DNA of 64,000 nucleotides from Blastocladiella emersonii ATCC 22665 (Eukaryota > Fungi > Blastocladiomycota), in the NCBI GenBank assembly GCA_025594325.1, contig JANHCV010000009.1:1054001-1118000 (forward strand), given 5' to 3'. Below are positions 10,948-22,297 of the stretch, piece after piece. Under the pieces are notes generated by a model. That model was not told where the DNA came from. It ran no database searches and was given only the letters and a program-made list of their open reading frames with translations. Both the position numbers and the translations under genes were made by a program. Position 1 is the stretch's first letter; each line of letters begins with the position of its first letter.

Positions 10948-13900
10948 CTACTCGTCAAGCTTGACCACGGTGAACTCGATCCCGAGCCTCTTGAACCCAG
11001 CCACCGTATCCTCGAGCTTACTCGGACCCGTGACGCCGACCAGCAGCGCGGTCGCGGGATCAAACAGCCGCGGGAGGTACTCGCGGCAGACGCGCATCGC
11101 GTCCTCAGCGGTCACCTGGTCGATCTGCTGGACGAGCCACTGCGTGTACCGCTCGGCGGAGGTCCCGCCGTTGGCGGCGAGCGCGTGCGCGGTGAACGAC
11201 TCGGCGGCCGCGTCGCGCGGGGACTCCTCGCGGGCGATCACCGAGTAGACGATGGACGCCTTGGCGGCGTCGAGCAGCGCGGGGTCGAGCGCCTTGTGCG
11301 GGTCGGTCTCGGCGAGCACCTCGTTGACAATGTCGCGCGCGCGCTCGTACGCGAGCACGACGTTGGCCGCGCGGTAGATGGACAGCGACACGAGCCCGGA
11401 GTTGGGGTCCACGGACAGGGACGCGCCGTACGCGAGACCTGCGCCGCGGATCGACTTCCAGAAAGGACCCTCAAGCGCCGAGAAGAAACCGTACGCGACC
11501 ATGGTCGCCGCGAGGTCGGGGTGCTCGGGGCCGGTCATCCCGGCCGCGACGACCTGGAGGTACCCGGACTCGTTGGACGGGATGTTGACGAGCTTGGCGT
11601 TGCCGTTGCCCGAGTTCGGGTTGGTCCCGAGCGCGGTACGGAACGCGGCCGCGGGGAGGACCGGGTTGGTCTTGACGACGGGCGACGGCGACGGCGCAAG
11701 GGGCGCCCAGGGCGCGAGGACCGCGGGGACGCCGAGCTTGGCGACGGCGCCCGAGACGTGCAGGCGCAGGTTGGCGGGGACGAACAGGGCGTTGTGGAGA
11801 CGCGCGAGGTCGGACACAACCTTGGCCGCCTCGTCGCCGCCGGCCTCGACCTTGGCGAGGAGCGCGGGGAGGATCGACTGCTGGTTGGGCAGGGCGAGTG
11901 CGGCGTGGTTCGACTTCTCGACGTCGTACACGAGCCCCTTGACGGTCCACGCCGCCACCGCAAACGCGTCGCGGCGCATCTGCGGGATATCGCCGACGAG
12001 GTTGCGGAGGACGGTGGCGATGCGGGCGGGGTCAAAGACGGTGCCGTGGACGACGCGGGTGATCCACTCGACGCCGCGCGCGTACCTCTCGGGAGTCACG
12101 CGGACCGCGAGCGAGATCTGCGACTCGTACGCGCCGCAGGCGAAGGACGCGCCGGACCCGCCGCCGTTGGCGCCGCACGCCGCGCTGAAGCTGACGGTGT
12201 CGGCGTTGAGCCCCGCGACCACGTCCTCGTGCGCAACGACGGCGCCGTCGATGGTCAGCGGCGACGCGAAGAGCAGCTGGAGGTACAGGGACAGGAGGTT
12301 GCGGAGGTCGGCGGGCAGCGCGGCCGTGTCGACGACAAGGCGAACCCCCAGGAACTGCGAGTGCACGTCGTCGAGCTGGACAAAGAAGGGGAGCGCGGGC
12401 CCGTACGACTCGAGCTCGGTCTGCAGCTTGTTGTTGAACTTGACCTTGGCGGTGAGCGGGACCTGGGCCGTGGTGGTAGCGGGGAGCTCGGCGTCGAGCG
12501 GCGGGACCTCGAACCCGGTGATGATCTCGGGCGGGATGGGCGTGTCGTTCTCGGCCATGGCCTTGGCGAGGATCGCGGCGCGGCGCTCGAGGTCGGCGGG
12601 GTCCTCGTTGCGAAGACGCACGCGCTCGGCCTCCTCGGCGGCGAGCTTCTTGGTCAGCTCGGCCGAGGGCGTGGCGAGCAGGGTGACGCGCTTGGCGTTG
12701 ACGAGGTAGCCGTTGAGGACGGCCTGCCAGTCGTCGGCGGTGGCGGCGGCGAGGTCGGCGGCGAGGTGCGACTCGTTGAGGAACCCGGGGAGCGACGCCT
12801 CGGGGTTCTCGCGGTCGCCGTACAGGTAGTGGGTGATGACCATGCCGGCAATGGCCATGGCGGGGTCCGACTCGACGGCGTTCATGGACCGCAGGCGGCG
12901 CAGCTCGAGCACGTTGCGCATGCGAGTCATGTCGATCTTGTGGTCAGCGAGCGCGCGCATGACCTCGGTCTCGACCTTGGCGAGGTCCTCGGTGGCCACC
13001 GAGTTGAAGAAGACCATGACGCCCGTCTTCTTGTACTGGGCCATGTAGTAGTTGACGTCGGTGGCGAGCGGGGTCTCGGCCTCGACAAACTCGCGCTTGA
13101 GCAGCGACACGGACGAGTCGGTGAGGTACATGAGGAGGGCGTCGACCATGGCGACGGCCTTGGCGTCGACGACGGCGGGGCCGCGGAATCCCAGCACGAC
13201 GTTGCCCGTGGACTCGTCCTCGTCGGGGAAGTAGACGGTCTCGGTGGTGGTCTTGGCGACGTCGGGCAGGTCCGAGTGGACCCAGGGGCGGACGAGATCG
13301 GGCAGCGGGCCCTTGGCGACGATCTTGTCCTCGACGGGCACCAGCTCGCGCAGCATGGCGGCGTGGTCCGTGTGGCCCGTGATGATCAGGCACAGGTTGT
13401 CGGGGCGGTAGTACCGGGTGTGGTACGCGCGGATCCGCTCGATGTCGAGCTCTCGCAGCTTGCGCATCAGGCCGCCCGTCTCGGAACCGTAGCCCGAGGG
13501 GGTCGGGTAGAGGAGCTGACCCATCCGGTGCATCGCGAGGTCCGAATCGGTGTTCTCCCGTCCCAGCATCTCGGAAAACACCACACCGCCGTCCTCGCCC
13601 TTGGCCGTGACGTGGTAGACCTCGGTGATGAACCCGGCCTCGGTCAGCGTCGGGTACAGGACGTGGTCGAGGTAGATGGGCATGATCTTGGCGAACCCGT
13701 TGGCGCCGGCCGTGGTGATGGTGTAGGCCGTGTGGTCGGTCGCGGTCCACGCGTTGGTGCCGCGGGCGCGCGCGCGGTTGGCGAGCGTGTCGAGGACACC
13801 TGCGAGGCGGGGTGGGAGGAGTGAGTGAGTGGTCGGTCGACCCAAGTCGCGACTCGCGACACGCGGCACGCGCGTACCCTTGTACGGGTACAGCTCCGAC

Positions 13901-14118
13901 CCGAGGAAAATCCCGTGCTCGAGAACGTGCGGCTGGCCGCGGTCGAGGTCGTCGCCGGCCTCCTCGGTGGCGAGCGTGAAGAACCCGTTGACGAGCGGCG
14001 TGTCGACGTCGACAAACGTCACCTCGAGCCCCGTGCGCTCCGACCGGTACTTGGTCACCGGGATGTCGTAGTCGGTCGCGACCGTCGCGATCTTCTTGAA
14101 GCCTGCCGTCGCCGTCAT
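10948..14118 (-). CDS. M16C-family (insulinase-like) zinc metallopeptidase
   Basis: Inverted HXXEH motif (PHVLEHGIFLGSELYPYKG), NAWTATDHTAY, and downstream IRSAGLAYGA-type motif (IRGAGLAYGA). In-frame 78-nt intron 13877..13800. Likely ATG 14118 (ATCAACACCATG); the frame stays open to ATG 14508. Confidence 0.9.
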   Translation of the reverse strand: MTATAGFKKIATVATDYDIPVTKYRSERTGLEVTFVDVDTPLVNGFFTLATEEAGDDLDRGQPHVLEHGIFLGSELYPYKGTRVPRVASRDLGRPTTHSLLPPRLAGVLDTLANRARARGTNAWTATDHTAYTITTAGANGFAKIMPIYLDHVLYPTLTEAGFITEVYHVTAKGEDGGVVFSEMLGRENTDSDLAMHRMGQLLYPTPSGYGSETGGLMRKLRELDIERIRAYHTRYYRPDNLCLIITGHTDHAAMLRELVPVEDKIVAKGPLPDLVRPWVHSDLPDVAKTTTETVYFPDEDESTGNVVLGFRGPAVVDAKAVAMVDALLMYLTDSSVSLLKREFVEAETPLATDVNYYMAQYKKTGVMVFFNSVATEDLAKVETEVMRALADHKIDMTRMRNVLELRRLRSMNAVESDPAMAIAGMVITHYLYGDRENPEASLPGFLNESHLAADLAAATADDWQAVLNGYLVNAKRVTLLATPSAELTKKLAAEEAERVRLRNEDPADLERRAAILAKAMAENDTPIPPEIITGFEVPPLDAELPATTTAQVPLTAKVKFNNKLQTELESYGPALPFFVQLDDVHSQFLGVRLVVDTAALPADLRNLLSLYLQLLFASPLTIDGAVVAHEDVVAGLNADTVSFSAACGANGGGSGASFACGAYESQISLAVRVTPERYARGVEWITRVVHGTVFDPARIATVLRNLVGDIPQMRRDAFAVAAWTVKGLVYDVEKSNHAALALPNQQSILPALLAKVEAGGDEAAKVVSDLARLHNALFVPANLRLHVSGAVAKLGVPAVLAPWAPLAPSPSPVVKTNPVLPAAAFRTALGTNPNSGNGNAKLVNIPSNESGYLQVVAAGMTGPEHPDLAATMVAYGFFSALEGPFWKSIRGAGLAYGASLSVDPNSGLVSLSIYRAANVVLAYERARDIVNEVLAETDPHKALDPALLDAAKASIVYSVIAREESPRDAAAESFTAHALAANGGTSAERYTQWLVQQIDQVTAEDAMRVCREYLPRLFDPATALLVGVTGPSKLEDTVAGFKRLGIEFTVVKLDE

Positions 14119-14687
14119 GGTGTTGATACGTTGCACCCGCGAGCCGGTGTTGGGGGAGGAGGAGCGCAAACCCTCTGGGCGGCGAGGTGACGAAGCCAGC
14201 GGCGACGGCGGGCCAACTCGCGGCTCGCCCGCGCGTTTCAGGCCAGCGTGACTTGCAGCTGACGACGAGACGCGTCCACTCGCGCGCGCCGTGTCGTCGT
14301 CCTCGACATCGTCGTCATCTCGGACGCGGCTCAGCGAGTGCTGCTGCTGAGGAGCTGTGCGGAGCGCGCTCGTGAGCGGGTCGAGGAACGCGGCCGCGCT
14401 GCACCCGGACGCGTTGCGGACGATGGGCAGCGGGTCGGCACGAACGACGGTCACCGCGGCCAGCACGGCGACGAGCGCGACGGCGAGCGTGCGCCGGGGC
14501 TTCTTCATGGTCTATCGGTTGTGAGTGATCGGCGGGCAGGAGAGCGAGAGGGTCGCGGTGGTCATGGCCACGGTCCCGACCAGCGCCGCGACCTCTCCCA
14601 TCAAGTCTCCCACACGCGCGCGAGCAGGAGGGCAACGAAGCAACAATTAAAAAGTATTCACAACAACACAACCCATCCCTCCTCCAC

Positions 14688-17490
14688 CTACACGCCGTTC
14701 CGCCGCAGCTTCGGCTTGGGCGCCGCGAACCCGCCGCCGCGTCCGGCCGCGCCGCCGCCGCCGACGCTGATCGCCGACCCGTCCGCGGTCACCTCGCCGA
14801 TACTATCGTTCATGCTGTTGAACTCGTCGAGCCGCGACGCGGCCGGCTCCTTGACCGGCGCCGCGGGCACGCCGCCGCCGCTACTGCTGACCATGCTGAT
14901 ACTCCGGTCGAGCACGCTCAGATCGTCGAGCGGCGACGACTGGAGGTGTGCGTCCGGCGGGGGCGGGGGCGGGGGCGAGAGGAACCCAGCTTGCACACGG
15001 TGGTGTTCTTGCGACCGCTGCTGGCGGATCTCCTGGCTGCGCTGGTGCCGCGGCGACTCGGCGGCGGCCGCCTGCCGCGGGCTCTGAGAGACTCGCTCGC
15101 GCGCCGCGCGGGCCGAGGACGACGAGCTCGAGGCCGCCTTGGATCCGCTCGCGGAAGAGCCGGACCCCGAGCGCGGGACGGGTGGTGGAAGGACGGCGAT
15201 GGCGGGGATGCTGGGCGGGTATAGCGCGGCCGATGACGAGGCCGCGGCCGCGTGGTTCGCGGCCGATCCCGCGACGGGCAGTGGCGGCGGGGACGGGGTG
15301 GTGGTGGCGAACTCGGCGGCCTGGTTGTTGCTGGCGAGGGCGAGGAGCTGCGCGACGCGGGCCGAGACGCCGTGCGCGGGGTTGCGGTTGCGGCGCCGGT
15401 TCCACGCCGCGACGAGCATCGCGTACCGCGTGTCGAGGTCGCCGCGGTGTTCCGCGATCCACGCGTGCCGCAGCGCGTCGTTCATGGTCAGGCTGCACGC
15501 GCGCGTTCAGGGTGAGCCCACGGCGCAACGAGGCAATGCGGCAAAGGTGACGTACCGGTTCTCGACGTTCTTGTTGAGCAGGCCAATGATCAGGTCCTTG
15601 GCCTCGTCCGAGATCGTGTCCCAGTGGTCGCGCAGGGCGGGCGTGTGGCCAAACTCAAATTTACCGGCCTTGATGAGCTGCTTGAGCGCCGCGTCGGCCT
15701 TGTGGTCAAACGGCAGCGACCCGCTGAGGAGCAGGAACATCATGACGCCGACCGACCAGCAGTCGACGCTGCTGCCGTACCCGGCGACGCGCGACTGCGA
15801 CAGCACCTCGGGCGCGAGGTAGTTGAGCGTGCCGCTAACATTCGAATTGGTTTAGCGATGGCGGTGTCGAATGCGGGCATGAAAACCGTACCACAGCGTC
15901 TTCATGCGGGTCACCTGCGTCGTGTTCTTGGCGAGCCCGAAGTCGCCGAGGAAAATCTGCGGCCAGTCCGAGTCGTCGCCGAGCAGCACGTTCTCGGGCT
16001 TGATGTCGCGGTGTGTGATGTTGCGGTCGTGCAGGAACTTGACCGCGTTGAACACCTGGAACATGACGTACCGCGCGTTGGCCTCGGGCATGGCGCCCTT
16101 GCGCGCGAGACGGTCGAACAGCTCGCCGCCCTTGGCGCTACACGGTGCGAGTGGGTGAGCGGCTGGTCCGAGTGGGCGCAACGCGGGAGAGAGAGAGAAG
16201 ACGTACAGCTCAAGGTAGACATACACCTTCTCGCGGGTCATGGCGAAGTCGTGGACGCGGAGCACGTTCGCCTACACACGCGGGACACATGTCGGTCAAC
16301 ACGCGCACCAGCCAAGCCCTCGAGAGAACGAAAACGTACGTGCGCAATCTGGCACATGACCTCGATCTCGCCAATCACATCCTGGTCGTTGTCGGTGGCG
16401 CGGATGCCGGCTTTCCGCTTGTCAATGACCTTGCAGGCGAACTTGGCGCCCGTGTGCTTCTCGGTGACGAGCCAGACGGCGGCGTAGGTGCCCGTGCCGA
16501 GGACGCGCACGAACAGGTAGTTGTCGGTGGCGTCGCGGAACTCGGGGTCGTTGATGGCCTGCGCCTCGCGGTCGTTGTACTGGAACGTGAAGACTGGGTA
16601 ATGGGGAGCGTGAGTGGGTCGTTCGCGGAGCGGGACGAGACAAGTGTACCGTTCCCGATCTTGATCTCAATGACGCAGCCGTGGGTGAGCGGGGTCGGGA
16701 CGCGGGACGTGAGGCGGCGGCCGTCGACAAAGGTGCCGTTGGTGCTGAGGTCCGTGATCATGGCCCGCGTCTCGCCGGGCTCGGCGGCCGGGTTGGCCTG
16801 TGACGGCTCCTCGACGAGGCGGGTGATCTTGAGGTGCAGCTTGGAGCACTCGAAGCTCAGGATCGGAATGTCGCAGCCGACGGCGCGGCCCACCGTGTAC
16901 TCGTCCTTGGTGAGGTCTGTTCGAGACGGGACGCGCGACGCGCGACGCGGGTGGTGGTGGTGAGTCACGGCGGTTCAGGTGCACGTGAGGGGGAGCGAAT
17001 GAGTCGATGGGCGAGAGGCGAGAAGTGACGCACTGAACCGCTCGTTGTCCGAGTGGCGGATAAGAAACGCCCACACCGCGGGCCCGTTCTGCGCGAGGGT
17101 CGCGGGCGCCGCGGGCACGACGGGCGCGACGTGCGTCACGTCGTAGGTGGTGTCGCCGCCGACGCCGATGTCGTCGCGCGGCGACTGGTAGTGCATGGCG
17201 GCGGGCGCGACGGGCGGCGGCAGATGTTGGCGAGGGGCCGGTGCGGGCGGAAACGCGCGGTCGGGCGGCGAGGCGTAGTTGCGTGTGGCGGAGAGCTCGT
17301 CGAGGCGGCGCTGCAACGCGGCCTGCTGCTCGCGAATCTGGCGCCGAGCTTCCTCGACGAGAGCGTCTTCGCGGGCGGCGCGCGCCTGGTCGAGACGCCG
17401 CTGCTGCTCCTCGCTCTGCGACGACGTCAGGTTCTCGTCCGACAGCACAGGGTACGGTTGCGCCGTCAGCTTGACCGGGTTCGGGTACAT
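14688..17490 (-). CDS. FHA-domain Ser/Thr kinase, Chk2/Dun1/Rad53 family
   Basis: Multi-exon. FHA (YTVGRAVGCD...SKLH...DLSTNGTFVDG), kinase motifs LGTGTYAAV, ACKVIDK, HRDIKPEN, DFG, TL|CGTLNYLAPEV, DCWSVG, and a disordered C-tail. Start could extend to 17670. Confidence 0.88.
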
Positions 17491-18635
17491 GGCTGGCGGG
17501 GCGGGGGCGGGTGCGGGTGCGGGTGCGGGGGCCCGGGGGATGGGCGGGCGGGCGGGCGGGTGGCCGGGCAGGCGGTGCGTGGTGTGCGGGCGCGACTCGG
17601 GATGCAGCAAGTCGGGTCGCAGCGTCGGTGGGGACGACGGTGACGGTGCGGAGCAGAGTGCGCCGTCCATCGCTGGTCGGTCGGCCGCTCCGCTGCACGT
17701 CGGCGGCGACCGGGGCGCGACCCGTCACGTGCCGCGAGCGTGCACGACGCGTCCGTGTCTCGCACCTCCCCTGCCGCTCGTTGCCGCTATCAACGCGTCG
17801 CGAGCGAAACGTGTTTTTGGCCCCCTCGTTCCCGGCTCTGCAAGTTAATGCCCGAATATACCCGCGTTGCCCGCAGGCCCACGCTTCGCGCGGCAGTCCT
17901 ATCTGATTTCACTTCCCAGCTCCAAACGTTTGCAACACGTCCGCGACCGTGGGGACGCGCCGCGTTTGCTTCCATCGCTCTCCCATCGCGGAAGGTTGGC
18001 GAATTGGGCGGGCGCTTCGAGAACACCAAAGGCGCCTTCTCGAGTGCCCGCGGGCGCGAATCCGCACTCCCACGTTTGGGCAGGGCCGGTGCCGATGCTC
18101 GGGGATCTGATGTGCACCGCACCGCAAGGTACACCACGCCGAGCGGCTTGGCGTCGCGTTGCGTCGAGCCGCGGGCGTTCCCCGCCATCGCCGATGCCCC
18201 GGACCGCTTCGCTTGGGTACGCGCAGCGACCACCGCGCCGTCGGTTCAGCGTGTGCGTCGCCCTGGGTCCGACGAAGCGGAGAGGACGCGGCGTGCGGTG
18301 TAGATCGCCTCGGGACGCGCGCGAAATCGGCGGCGTGGGGGAGCAGCGCGGCCCAGGAGACAAGCAACGACGCGTGGTGGCCGCTGATCCCGCCCGCCCG
18401 CGACCCGACCCCACGCCACCTCACTTGTCCCACCCTGCCCGGCCCGTGGCCTTGCCTCGCCCTGGCCCTGGCCCGCGTCCGGCCAGCGTACAAAAGCCGC
18501 GCTCTCTCCACGCTCCCGTCCCCGCTCTCTCCCGCACCCTCGCTCGCACCTCGGTCGACCGCCCTATTGGCCGCTCCCTCACTCACGCATCGCACGCGCA
18601 TTTCAACCCTTCCTCGCTCGATCCACCGACACACC

Positions 18636-20232
18636 ATGCGCTCCACCCTCTCCGCCATCCTCGCCACCCTGGCCGTGGTCTCGCTCGCCAACCTCGCCGC
18701 CGCTGCCGAGGCCGGCACCAAGTCGTGGACCTACGAGGGCGCCAACGGTGCGTTCCTGCACCTCCGACATCATCACCGAGCCGATCGCTCACATCTCTCC
18801 CCTCCCCTCCTCCAGGCCCGCTGCGGTGGGACTCGCTCAACCCGGCGTACGAAAAGTGCGGCAAGGGCAAGCTGCAGTCGCCAGTGTCGTTCAACGCGAC
18901 GGCCGACCTGCGCACCTCGGGCTTCCCGACCCTGTCGCTGCCGCCCGTCAGCCAGTTCAACCTCACCAACCTCGGCCACACGATCCTCTTTGCGCCGGCC
19001 GACGACCGCACCGCCATGCGCACCCTCGCCATCGGCGCCAACACGTACAACCTCAAGCAGTTCCACAGTACGTTTTCTTATCGTGCTGCTGCCGCCGCCG
19101 TCGCGTCGCGTGGGTGGTGAGCGCGGTGACGCGTCGTCGCGCGCGTGGCAGTGTCTCCCGCCTGCCTTCTCGGCGCGGCCGGCCTGCCTCGATCATGCAT
19201 CACATCACCGCCGCGAGCGCGCGCTCTCGATCACTTTTCGACAGCGACTCAAGCTCAAACTCAAACTCACTTCCACTTTCACGCGCCCCACCTCCACCTT
19301 CACAGTCCACACGCCGTCCGAGCACCACCTCGGCAAGCAGTACTACGACGCCGAGATGCACTTTGTGCACGCGACGCCCGACGGCAAGCTGGCCGTGGTC
19401 GGCGTGTTCGTCGAGGCGTCGGACCGCGTCGACCGCCGCTGGTCGCGCGTCCTCGAGACCATCCCCGACGAGGACGAGACTGCCATGATCCGCGCCTTCC
19501 TCGACACGTCCGAGATCGTGTCGCTGACCCAGCGCGGGTACTACTCGTACACGGGCTCGCTCACGGTACGTCCTGCTTACTATATCTCCTTGTTGTTGTG
19601 GTTCGGGATCGTCGGCTGTTGTCGTGCGGGGTGGAGCGGGCTTGGCGTGTCATGCGGACCCGGATCCGCGGAAGCTCGCTGCGACGAAGCAACGCGTCGC
19701 GCGTGTCCGGCGCGGCCGCTGAGCCACGCCGGCCGTCGGATTCGGTCCCGCACCACGCGCTTCCGCTGCCGCGCCTCACGTCATCTCCCTCTGCCCCTCC
19801 GATCATCACGCGTGCCCCCCACCCGATTTGCCGGATCAACTTTTTTCCTGCCCGTCCTGCACGGGCTTGCCGCTTCACCTCCCGCTACGCGATAAATACC
19901 TTATCACTCACTCACACCTCTCACACCCTCTCGCCCGCACTCAGACCCCGCCGTGCACCGAGGGCGTGTCGTGGTTCGTGGCCGCGACCCCGCTGCGCAT
20001 GTCGGACCGCCAGATCCGCCGCATCAAGTCCGTCATCGGCAACTCGGCCCGCCCGACCATGTACAACGAGGACCTCGAGGCACGCCGCGTCAACGGGACC
20101 TCGTCCGCCGCCGCCAAGAGCCTCAAGGACGGCGACGTCGCGGCCATGTCGGTCGAGACCAGCGGCTCGGGCGCGCTCCGGCCCGCGGCCGGCGTCGTCG
20201 CGCTCGCGGCTGTCGCGGCGATGCTCGCGTAA
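18636..20232 (+). CDS. alpha-class carbonic anhydrase, secreted and probably GPI-anchored
   Basis: Signal peptide MRSTLSAILATLAVVSLA, WTYEG, QSPV, zinc ligands QFH|IH...SEH...EMHFVH, SLT|TPPCTEGVSWFV, and a Ser/Gly spacer with hydrophobic C-terminus. Introns 18748..18815, 19068..19305, 19566..19944. Confidence 0.9.
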
Positions 20233-21147
20233 GCGGGTAGGTGGAGGGGATTAGGTTTTGGGTGACGGTGGATCGCATAGCGTAGATGTATTGCATTAGC
20301 TTAGCAACTGTATGTCTGTCTCTCCGCAAGGAGATCCTGCGGGTCGCGGTGCGCGATGGATTCGACGGGGACCCGCTCGCGGCGATCTACCTTGCACCTG
20401 GACTTGGCCACGCGGCGCACGTATCCGACGGGATCTGGCCCATGGCAAGAAGCGGCCGCATCGTTGACTGCACAATCACGCGCGAGGCATACTCGATGCT
20501 GTGCGACGCGAGCCCTTCCGTGCTACCGTTGCGCCGCTGGAGCTCGTCCGCAACACCACAGTGGGACAGCCCTCGAGCTCGGCCGCGAGTTTGAGTTCCG
20601 TCGTCGTCCGCGGTTGGAGCGCGCCGACCTTGAAGCGGTTCCGTTTGATGAGAGACAACGTGTCAAGTCGATTACGATGAGAAGCGGCGGCAGCGTGGCG
20701 TTGCTGTAGCGCAACGCGTCCCCGATCGTCTCGAGAGCGCGGCGTTCACGGCCTCGCACTCACGGGTCTCGGGTAACAAGAGACTCCGGAAAGAGCAAGA
20801 CGCTCACTTCGTTGCTTTTGGTGGATGTCTGGTCATCGCCGTTGGCAGATGCTGATCCAACTAGTTGTTTCTCACCACCGATCTCCAGACATGGCCAATC
20901 ACCGCAGCGGTGCCAGGCAAGCCCTCTACGCTGTAAGCTGCGATGGGGACGCGAACAACATGTTCGGGCTCTCGGGGCTCGTTCGAGTGCCTGTCGGACA
21001 TGGCGCGCGGCGACGAGTCACTCCTTTCGCAGCTGTCCATGATTGATAGCGCGCAGCCGGATGAAATGATGCTCTCGACGCTCTCGATCTACAGCGGCAA
21101 CGGCGAAAAACGCTACCGGCGCCGAGGCCCAGGCCGAGGCCATCGCC

Positions 21148-22050
21148 GAGAGACGCGTCGATCAATCATGTGATCGGGGCCGCGAATGCGCCACTTTCGA
21201 GTCTCGCGGTCGCGTCGCTTCTTCGCTCCCCCACCCGACCTGTACTCCGCCATGTATTCCTAGTCCATGCATAGACTTGCGGCAATGTTTTATACTTGAT
21301 TGGATGTCCTGGGTACATTCGCTACGACGCTTGGTTCGATTCGCCTGGAGAAAGGCTGACTACACCATTTTCCCTGCGATCCTTATAGGAAATGCCAAAT
21401 CACGAACCCAATCCAGACTTCTTCCGCTGCAGGGCAAACCCTCCTGAGGGCGAATACGATGTGTGGCCGGGACTTGGTGAGGTAACCACATGGTGAGCGC
21501 GTGGTACGTTATCATCTTCTGAAGCAGTGCTTGATTCGCATCACGCTCAGCCGTACTAATCTCGTCTTACGCCAGGTATTCGCAGATGTTGACGACTGCT
21601 ACAACTCCAGACTCCAGCACTTCCCGCATTTTCTGTTCAAGCTTGAGTGTCTCACTCGAGCGCGTCGATCCCAGCGAGACTGCGGCATCCACGGTCTCGT
21701 ACTTTTTAGCATCCACCACTCCCGAGCGAGAGCAGCTCCTCACACTAGCTCATCATCGCACTCGATTTATTCTTCTGCAAGCATCAACCCAGTGCGTGCC
21801 CTCAATTCGAGGCTGGCAGCGTGAGTCGCGACTTGTGGGTGACGTGCGTCATTGCATTCGTTCTCGCTGATCCGCGCGACTTCGTCCCTCACCTGGAATC
21901 GGTTCCTGTAGCTGGGCTCAGCTTATAGGCCCCGCACAGGCACTCGCAGGACGCGAGACGATCACGCTGCGGGCCTTGGCGAGGCTCCGCTTTGTGGGCC
22001 CGCACCTCTCGTTGCTGCTGCGAAAGTGTCGTCTGAAGTGAGTTGCGTTC
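21148..22050 (+). ncRNA. putative spliced non-coding unit 1 with 3' long hairpin
   Basis: Upstream composite element and AGACTTGCGGCAA at 21273. Intron-like segments at ~21313..21388, ~21504..21575 and 21844..21911. No recognisable ORF. The hairpin 21808..21978 is homologous to unit 2. Confidence 0.5.
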
Positions 22051-22297
22051 ATACACTCGATGCCTTGACTCAATTTTCTATCAATGACACCACCGGTGTT
22101 GCCAAAATCCTTGTGGACAGCAACGCGGCGACCGCTCAGGTCACTCAGCTCTGCTTGAATCGAACGGGAGCCTTGTCCGCGTTCGCTGCGACCTGAAGAG
22201 GAGGAATCAGTTGGCAACCTGTACGACCGTCGCAAGCCTGACAGTAGTGCAGGCTGCCTGCGCCGAGACATCGTGTCTTTCGCGACAGGGGCGAGGC

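Noticed and set aside
21815-21970. SECIS-like GTGA/GAT quartet in the hairpin
   Set aside because: The helix above the core is far longer than the 11-14 bp expected, there is no apical AA, and no credible Sec-TGA ORF lies upstream.
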